In this document: in pieces, positions 57,630 through 64,000 of the stretch
Layout: the number at the start of each line of letters is the position of its first letter
Numbering within the stretch: the first letter of the stretch is position 1
Origin: Candidatus Heimdallarchaeota archaeon
GTDB taxonomy: Archaea > Asgardarchaeota > Heimdallarchaeia > Heimdallarchaeales > Heimdallarchaeaceae
Reading direction: 5' to 3'
DNA: 64,000 nucleotides
NCBI GenBank assembly: GCA_030603365.1
Contig: JAUVXV010000007.1
Location: 32,001 to 96,000, forward strand
Notes under the pieces: model-generated
Database searches by the model: none
What the model saw: only the letters and a program-made list of their open reading frames with translations
Told to the model about the DNA's origin: nothing
Program-made: the position numbers and the translations under genes

Positions 57630-58453
57630 TTCTTTTTATCATTATGAAACATCTTCCTAAGATTTTGAATAATATGATTCACTGACTCATCTTGTTGAGT
57701 TAGTTTAAGAAAAATCGTTTCCAGATCAGCACCTGCCTTATCTGCCAGTTCTGAGAGTTCTTTTACTGTACCTAAAGCAACAAGTTTACCTCTATCCAGG
57801 ATAGCTATTCTATCACACATATCCTCTGCAATTTCAAGAATGTGTGTAGAAAAAATAACTGATCCTCCTCTTTCACTATGAAGTTCTATAATCTCTTTTA
57901 CGACTTTGGCAGATTTCGCATCTAAACCTGTAAGTGGTTCATCTAGAATTAGTAAATCTGGATCATGAATTAAAGAGGCTATAACTTGCATCTTCTGTTT
58001 ATTTCCTCGAGAAAGTGTAGCTACAAGTTTTTCATAATATTCAACAGCCTCCAAACTCTCTAGATAATAACGAAGCTTTTCTGTGGTTTCAGCTTCATCT
58101 AAATTACGTATTGAAGTAATGAAATCAAATAACATTCGAGGTGTCATTGACTTATAGATTAGAGGATCTTCTGAAACATATCCTAGTCTTTTTTTAATCT
58201 CTATTTCTTCTTTCTCAGGATGGAGTCCGAAAACCTCAATATCACCTTGATCTAATTCCAGAAGCCCTAAAAGCAATTTCACAGTTGTAGTTTTACCTGC
58301 TCCATTGGGTCCTAACAACCCAAATATTTCTCCAGGTTTGACTTCAAAAGACAAATTATTTACAGCTACAACGTCACCAAAACTCTTAGTAATATTTTGT
58401 ACTTTAACCATTGGTTCTAATTCAACATTCATCACAATCTTCCCACAAGACAA
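57626..58453 (-). CDS. ABC transporter ATP-binding protein
   Basis: GPNGAGKTT, LSRGNKQK, LLILDEP, STH. Overlaps the permease start by 4 nt. Confidence 0.95.
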   Translation of the reverse strand: MSCGKIVMNVELEPMVKVQNITKSFGDVVAVNNLSFEVKPGEIFGLLGPNGAGKTTTVKLLLGLLELDQGDIEVFGLHPEKEEIEIKKRLGYVSEDPLIYKSMTPRMLFDFITSIRNLDEAETTEKLRYYLESLEAVEYYEKLVATLSRGNKQKMQVIASLIHDPDLLILDEPLTGLDAKSAKVVKEIIELHSERGGSVIFSTHILEIAEDMCDRIAILDRGKLVALGTVKELSELADKAGADLETIFLKLTQQDESVNHIIQNLRKMFHNDKKK

Positions 58454-58520
58454 AAGAGGAACATCCCTCTACGATGATTTAGAGAAAGACACTTATTAAT
58501 ATTTACAATCAAAAGCCCAT

Positions 58521-59930
58521 TTAAATCAGCTTCATTAAAAGAGGATTACGCTTAAGTGCTAATCCTATTGCCTTATTTACAAAACTTTTAGGAAAACCTG
58601 AATGCTCGAATAAATTTTGAAAAAGTAATTCTGCTTGCTCTTGCGAATAAAGAGAGAATGAAGTGATAATATATGACATTGAAACTAGTTTTCTTAATTC
58701 ATTAAAGATTTCAATTGCAGTTTTATTAATATCTTTATCAATATTCTTCTCATATAATCCAAAAAAGTACTCACTTGCTTGATGACCTTTAACACTACCT
58801 TCAATGAGATTGATAACAACTATCTCACCAAGCTGATTTTTTGTTAGGATAAGTTTATCAAAGAGTTCTTTGTTCATCCCACATAATCCAACATCAAGTT
58901 CTGAAACAATATTAATTGCATCTTCTTCATTATCTACCCATCCTTTAACTTTTATTGCGAGGTGTTGGTTGAAAATTGAGAGTGTATCAATTGTTATCTT
59001 AACTGTTAATTTATCACCTACAACAATCACTTTTTTTCCTGTTGTTACGGAATACAATACTTGATCTAGATTTTTTAATATAGCATTTGAAAGATACGCT
59101 AATGATAATTCCTCAACATCGGTATGAGTAAAATGGTTCCCAGAATCTTCTATATTTTGAATAAGATCGAGAACATCTAACATTTCAAATCTATAATCTT
59201 GATCAGATAGAATACGCAGTTTCTCCTCAATCAAAGGAAACAATCTGAAAACTGTATGATCTAACTCTGGAGAAAACCTCAGTATTCCTACGTTTGTCCT
59301 CATTTCATCCTTCTCAATAACTAATAGTTCTGAAGTTTTTTTCTCAGGAACAAATAACAGAAGTCCTGTTAACTGATTTTCAAAATCATATTTGATTCTA
59401 TGGTTAATAATCATATCAAGTGTTTCTTTGGCTTCTACTTTTTTACCAACAGATTCAATTATTTCAGTGTCTGTTTCATCAAAATGAATCAAACTAAACA
59501 CCTTGGGTTCTGATTCTCGTAAAGGATTTTTAGAGAAGAATAGAGGTAAATTGTAGATATCATGCAAAATGTGTTCGAGTATTAGAGCTGCTTCTCCTTC
59601 AGAAATCAGATTTTCATCCCTATCTTCAAGCAAAGGACTTGCACTGAAATGAATTTGTTCCAGGATTTGTTCAAGATGTCGCTCTGAGAATAGAGTTTCT
59701 TCTACTTTAGTTTCAAGAATAAAAATAAAATCATAAACTTCAACAAAGGAGATGTTTTTGTCATGATAAGAAATTGATTGAAGTTCTTGACGGTGAACTT
59801 CTTTAGCGAAAGTGATAATTGCACTAATCAAACCTGAGGCTAAGATGTGCCTAGTATCATCAGCTGATTCGGGTTTAGTAGCTAACAACAATCCTGAACC
59901 TGAAACCAGTGAAAGTTGCAAGTTTCGCAT
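58521..59930 (-). CDS. Longin plus DENN-like protein (paralog A)
   Basis: N-terminal SGLLL...LASGLISAIITFAKEV...LQSISY longin pattern; later LDQVLYSVTTGKKVIVVGDK...IDTLSIF...GLCG...VVINL, resembling a cDENN core. Confidence 0.68.
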   Translation of the reverse strand: MRNLQLSLVSGSGLLLATKPESADDTRHILASGLISAIITFAKEVHRQELQSISYHDKNISFVEVYDFIFILETKVEETLFSERHLEQILEQIHFSASPLLEDRDENLISEGEAALILEHILHDIYNLPLFFSKNPLRESEPKVFSLIHFDETDTEIIESVGKKVEAKETLDMIINHRIKYDFENQLTGLLLFVPEKKTSELLVIEKDEMRTNVGILRFSPELDHTVFRLFPLIEEKLRILSDQDYRFEMLDVLDLIQNIEDSGNHFTHTDVEELSLAYLSNAILKNLDQVLYSVTTGKKVIVVGDKLTVKITIDTLSIFNQHLAIKVKGWVDNEEDAINIVSELDVGLCGMNKELFDKLILTKNQLGEIVVINLIEGSVKGHQASEYFFGLYEKNIDKDINKTAIEIFNELRKLVSMSYIITSFSLYSQEQAELLFQNLFEHSGFPKSFVNKAIGLALKRNPLLMKLI

Positions 59931-60024
59931 AGTTATTTCATTTAAAGTATCATTTAAGTAAATTTCTTTAGTGCTAATCCATTGAGAAAGATTTTTTTTT
60001 GGAAAGAAAATATCTTAATCCCGA

Positions 60025-60780
60025 ATGAAAACTAGCACTATCCTCTATCAAGAACTAGTTCATAATGCTTGGGCTGCAGAGCATAATGTTCTCTATAAAG
60101 GATGGATATTAAGACTATCAGAAGGGATTACACAAAGAGCAAATAGTGTTCTAACAATCAGATATCTGGGAAATGATGTAATAACTGATATTCGTAATAT
60201 AGAAAATATATTTCAGAGTAGAAATCTTCCGCCTATTTTTCAAGTAGCAGATTATTTTGAACCTTCTAATCTAATTAAAATTTTGATTGGTGAAGGATAT
60301 CATGCCAGAGATGAAACTATAGTTATGAGTAGAAGTACTGAAATATCACAGAATATTGAAAAAAATGAAAATTTGACTTATTTGATTGAGGAAGGAGTCC
60401 CAGATATATGGTTTAAATCATTAACTAAATTTAGTTCCTCATCTGAAATAAGGATTAAAGGTATCGAGAATATAATTAGCAGATCTTCTGCAGAGAAAAT
60501 AACATGTTTTGCTCAAGATGGTAATGAGATAACAGGAATAGTTTTAGGACTTAGGGAAGGAGATTATATTGGGATATATAATCTAACAGTGGATTCCCAA
60601 AGAAGAAGAGAAAGAATCGGTAAGAGCATAATGTTGAAACTAATGGATTGGGCACACAAAAGCAATATAGGGGTGGTTTATCTTGCTGTAGAAGATGACA
60701 ATGTAGGTGCTCGAAAATTATACCAAAAGCTGAATTTTGAAGAGAAATTCAAATACAGATATTTTGTTAGAGAAGAATAA
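60025..60780 (+). CDS. GNAT family N-acetyltransferase
   Basis: GW.LR...G.T.RANSV N-domain; V....RRERIG; LAVEDDNVGARKLYQKLNF. Confidence 0.9.
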   Translation: MKTSTILYQELVHNAWAAEHNVLYKGWILRLSEGITQRANSVLTIRYLGNDVITDIRNIENIFQSRNLPPIFQVADYFEPSNLIKILIGEGYHARDETIVMSRSTEISQNIEKNENLTYLIEEGVPDIWFKSLTKFSSSSEIRIKGIENIISRSSAEKITCFAQDGNEITGIVLGLREGDYIGIYNLTVDSQRRRERIGKSIMLKLMDWAHKSNIGVVYLAVEDDNVGARKLYQKLNFEEKFKYRYFVREE

Positions 60781-60787
60781 ATGAATA

Positions 60788-62194
60788 TTAGAGCAGATAG
60801 TCCAAAAGAGGGTTTCTTCTTACTGCCATTTCTAATGCTTTCTTAATAAAAGTTGAAGAATATCCTGATTGAGAACTTATCTCTTTCAATTTCTGTTTAC
60901 CTTTTACTTCATCTACTAAACTAATTGATGTCATATCAAGAGAAAGTGCTACTAGTTTTTCCAGATCTAGAGCTATTTTTGTAACTATTTCTGCTATTGA
61001 TAGTTTCTTTATTGTATCAAATAATTTTTTGAAATGATGGCTTGATTTAGCTCCAGTAACTCGACTATTTACTAGATTGATGCATACATCTGTTTCCTTA
61101 ATTGTTTCACTACTTAGGAGCGCGTTATAAATTTCTGTAGACATTCCACACATTCTAGCCGAAAGATCACACTTTCCATTTTGAGAAAAATCGTCAGCAG
61201 ATATCCACAAATTGACAGAAGTTTGTAGGTGCTGTGTGAATATGGACATAGAATCAATAACAAGTTTTACTGTTGGTTTATCTCCTACAATGAAAATTGG
61301 TTCTCCAATAACTGCAGAATAAATTGCTTTATCAAGATTACGTCCTACAGTTCTAACTAAGAATGAAGGAGATAAATCCTCTAGATTTATTCTTGATAAT
61401 CGATTTCCTGGATCATCGATGTCTTTTAACGTGTTTAATATGCGTTCCATACTCAAAATTTCTTTGTCTTCTGACATTACTGAAAGCATTCTATCCATCA
61501 TAGTAAACAGCCTGAATAACACCAAATCTAATTCACGTGATATCTTTAAAATTCCTACACGAGAAGTTTTTCCATCTGTGTCAATAACAGTATATGTAGT
61601 ACTCTTTTCTTCAGGTATATGTGTTAGTATTCCTTTTAACCCATTAATACATTTTTCATTTGCTTTTAAGGTATCAAGCATCAATGCAATTGTTGGTATA
61701 AATGATCCGGAACCCACCTTATCTTTAATTTCCCAACCTTTGTCTGTATGAAATAATGTGAAATAAGCACTTTCTGACATTTTTAGAGGTTGTTCAGTGA
61801 TTGAATAATGTAATAATTGAACACCTTGTAGACATTTATCTAGAATTATAGCAGCTTCTCCTTCAGTTATTATATTTGGGTCAACTCCTTCTAGAATTGG
61901 TTCTGTACATTCTTTTAACTGTTGGAGTAATTGTCCAAGCTTTTGTTCAGAAAGTGTTGCTTCTTCATCAATAGTTTCCAAAATTAAGACGAATTCGTGT
62001 ACTCTTACAAATGAAACAGTACGATCATGATAAGAGATAGACTGTAATTCTCTATGATGTACTTCTTTAGAAAAAGAAATCAATGCTGTCATTAAGCCTG
62101 TTGCTAAAATCTGTCTTGTATCATCTACAGCTTCAGGTTTTGAAGCTAGAAGTATACCTGAAGAAGTAACAAGAGATATCTTAATGTTTAGCAT
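60788..62194 (-). CDS. Longin plus DENN-like protein (paralog B)
   Basis: Colinear with 58521-59930: DDTRQILATGLMTALISFSKEVHHRELQSISYHD; LDKAIYSAVIGEPIFIVGDK; RRNPLL terminus. Confidence 0.68.
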   Translation of the reverse strand: MLNIKISLVTSSGILLASKPEAVDDTRQILATGLMTALISFSKEVHHRELQSISYHDRTVSFVRVHEFVLILETIDEEATLSEQKLGQLLQQLKECTEPILEGVDPNIITEGEAAIILDKCLQGVQLLHYSITEQPLKMSESAYFTLFHTDKGWEIKDKVGSGSFIPTIALMLDTLKANEKCINGLKGILTHIPEEKSTTYTVIDTDGKTSRVGILKISRELDLVLFRLFTMMDRMLSVMSEDKEILSMERILNTLKDIDDPGNRLSRINLEDLSPSFLVRTVGRNLDKAIYSAVIGEPIFIVGDKPTVKLVIDSMSIFTQHLQTSVNLWISADDFSQNGKCDLSARMCGMSTEIYNALLSSETIKETDVCINLVNSRVTGAKSSHHFKKLFDTIKKLSIAEIVTKIALDLEKLVALSLDMTSISLVDEVKGKQKLKEISSQSGYSSTFIKKALEMAVRRNPLLDYLL

Positions 62195-62299
62195 TAGGTG
62201 GTTTTAGAAATTAGTTATATAAATAAATTTACTTTAGACTAAGAGCAGAAAAATCAAGTTAGTATTAATAATAATTGAAGAAAAAGATAGAAAATAAAC

Positions 62300-62485
62300 T
62301 TATTTCATGTTCTTTTCTTGATTTCGTTTATCACGAATCTCATCTAGTACTTCAAGAGTGATGGTAGCTACACCTCTCTCCTTAGCTTGTTCTACTATTT
62401 GAGTCATAGCTTTTTTCAAGAAAACCCTAGTAATAGTGACTATTTTTGCGCAAGCTTTATCTGTCCAATAAACCTCGGAATCTAG
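62300..62485 (-). pseudogene. PCP_red-like small helical domain lacking a canonical start codon
   Basis: Open frame LDSEVYWTDKACAKIVTITRVFLKKAMTQIVEQAKERGVATITLEVLDEIRDK... matches W..EA...L..IP.F.R.......E..A...G...IT.E; preceded by an in-frame TGA. Confidence 0.5.
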
Positions 62486-62501
62486 TCACTTGTCAATATT
62501 A

Positions 62502-63335
62502 TCAGTTCTTAGTATTTTGTTGATATTGCATTTCAAACCAAGATTTCTTTCGTATCAACTTTCTGTACCAAGCTGGCATTACCCACCCAAGATACATTGC
62601 AACATAAGCTGTTGCATATGAGATTGCTCGAAAAGCTGAAATTGTAATCATCAAAGCTGGAATATTAGGAATACTACCATGCAAAGCTGAAAACAACCAC
62701 GCTAATAGATATAAAAACACTCCAACACTAATTGTTTGTAATCCTCTCTTTCTAATAGGGTGATCTGATTTTCTTGCAAGCCTAAAAGCTCTAAATCCTA
62801 TTCTACCTGTAACAAAAATTGAGACTACTATTTGGACTAAAAGGATGGGCCAAGTATATGAAATTGCAAATACATTCTTAGTGATGTAGGTTGGTTCAGA
62901 ATACAATGAATGTGTATATATATTATCATAAGCAATTACAGCAGTAACAATACCATAAACTACCATTATTACAGCAAAAATATAGGTTTTGATAATTTCA
63001 TTATCTTTTAAAATATGTCTACAGCCAAAGAAATAGAGAAATGCAAATGCAGGGAGGATAATTAATGGAGTTAAAGACCCTATCTGATAAATAGTATCAG
63101 TCATCACACCTTCATTGTAAATGAGCGAAATACGGTATGCAATACTAAAAGCTGATGCTAAAGAAAATAGGAAGTAGGATGAAAGTAACATGAATGTGCC
63201 TACAGTTTTCTTGCGAAAGAAGTTGACTAAGAGCGTGATAACTAGTGCTAGACTGAAAGCCATGTTTATTACAGATGTAATAATTATGAAAAATGATGCA
63301 GGTTCTATTGCTGAAAGATCTACCATCATCATCAC
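62502..63335 (-). CDS. Seven-transmembrane protein
   Basis: Seven hydrophobic segments, basic loops after TM1 (RKK) and TM5 (RLARKSDHPIRKR), TM7 followed by YLGWVMPAWY and a basic tail. Confidence 0.78.
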   Translation of the reverse strand: MMMMVDLSAIEPASFFIIITSVINMAFSLALVITLLVNFFRKKTVGTFMLLSSYFLFSLASAFSIAYRISLIYNEGVMTDTIYQIGSLTPLIILPAFAFLYFFGCRHILKDNEIIKTYIFAVIMVVYGIVTAVIAYDNIYTHSLYSEPTYITKNVFAISYTWPILLVQIVVSIFVTGRIGFRAFRLARKSDHPIRKRGLQTISVGVFLYLLAWLFSALHGSIPNIPALMITISAFRAISYATAYVAMYLGWVMPAWYRKLIRKKSWFEMQYQQNTKN

Positions 63336-63860
63336 CTAGACAAACTCATCAACAAACCATTTGAAGGCATTGAATATTCCTTCTCCTGTCTTTGCTGAGG
63401 TTTCAAAAACTGCCCATTTAAAAGGTAAATCCAACAACTTGAATTCTTCAATAAAGAGTGATTTTTCTATAACATCAGATTCATCACTCTTATTGAGTAA
63501 AATTAATATTATCAAATCTTGATCCAATTGTGCGTGAATGGTTTGTTCAAACACATCCTTTGCCTCATCAAATCTCATAATATTAGATCGATCAATAACG
63601 AATACAATTCCATCAGATTTTTCGTTGATATTGTGCCACATATTTCTGAAATCTTCCTGACCAGCTAAATCAAAAACGTTAATTTGTAAATTTGGTAAGT
63701 GTAAGGTTTCTCTATTCACACCCATAGTTGGAGTTGTTTCAACGAATTCACCAGTTTCTAGAAACTTTAGTATAGTTGTTTTACCAGCATCATCTAGACC
63801 ACAGATTGTTATATCTGCATGTTTTGTTCTGCTTCGAAATAGGTTTAGTAAGAACGACAT
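63336..63860 (-). CDS. Arf-family small GTPase with N-terminal amphipathic helix
   Basis: MSFLLNLF helix, GLDDAGKTT, PTMGVN, FDLAGQ..FR.MW, IVFVID, NKSD, TSAKTGEGI...FKW. Confidence 0.93.
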   Translation of the reverse strand: MSFLLNLFRSRTKHADITICGLDDAGKTTILKFLETGEFVETTPTMGVNRETLHLPNLQINVFDLAGQEDFRNMWHNINEKSDGIVFVIDRSNIMRFDEAKDVFEQTIHAQLDQDLIILILLNKSDESDVIEKSLFIEEFKLLDLPFKWAVFETSAKTGEGIFNAFKWFVDEFV

Positions 63861-63873
63861 ATTTTTCCCTCAA

Positions 63874-64000
63874 CTAATCCCACAAATCATCAGATAGCTT
63901 ATCTATCGCATTACCATTCTTGTCATTTCCTTGTTTTGGAAAATCAAATTTTATGGTTGACGTAGAAGTTATCTCTATTTTGAACTGTCCTTTGCTAAAT
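63874..64000 (-). CDS. 3' end of an upstream co-directional gene (partial, unknown)
   Basis: Open frame ...FSKGQFKIEITSTSTIKFDFPKQGNDKNGNAIDKLSDDLWD* ending 13 nt before the Arf ATG. Confidence 0.55.
   Translation of the reverse strand, partial: FSKGQFKIEITSTSTIKFDFPKQGNDKNGNAIDKLSDDLWD

Noticed and set aside
60025-60780. GNAT as a dedicated N-terminal acetylase for the Arf-like GTPase
   Set aside because: Opposite strand, and GNATs are scattered throughout the window (five copies), so proximity is uninformative.
62502-63335. 7-TM protein as a rhodopsin
   Set aside because: No lysine in the seventh helix for retinal attachment and no recognisable rhodopsin helix-C motif.
63874-63900. C-terminal DDLWD as an acidic-Trp (Arp2/3- or TPR-binding) motif
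   Set aside because: Only about 41 codons of the gene are visible, and a five-residue match is too weak to support.

Overview
AT-rich, gene-dense archaeal chromosomal region whose content points to an Asgard archaeon, most like Heimdallarchaeia. This is inferred from Arf- and Rag-type small GTPases, longin/DENN proteins, expanded TPR proteins, C-terminally anchored surface proteins and TATA-type promoters. I saw no rRNA, tRNA or CRISPR array. Much of the window is accessory metabolism: five GNATs, NosD-type beta-helix proteins, orphan ABC solute-binding proteins and oxidoreductases. The main candidates are two membrane-to-GTPase signalling modules. (1) A 1459-aa single-pass surface protein whose cytoplasmic tail resembles a folliculin/SMCR8-type longin domain with an intact ARG arginine-finger motif sits head-to-head with a Rag/Gtr-like GTPase (28154-33286). 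(2) An Arf-family GTPase abuts a 7-TM protein and is followed by two paralogous longin-DENN proteins (58521-63860). Also notable: an ERG24/LBR-type sterol reductase homologue; a tnpB-only element with symmetric ends whose removal restores an interrupted gene; two circularly permuted family-5 solute-binding proteins; an unannotated three-microprotein operon with twin palindromic operators and a downstream structured region; a dif-like 28-bp site; and several decayed genes missed by the ORF track. All family calls come from motif reading by eye. No searches were run.
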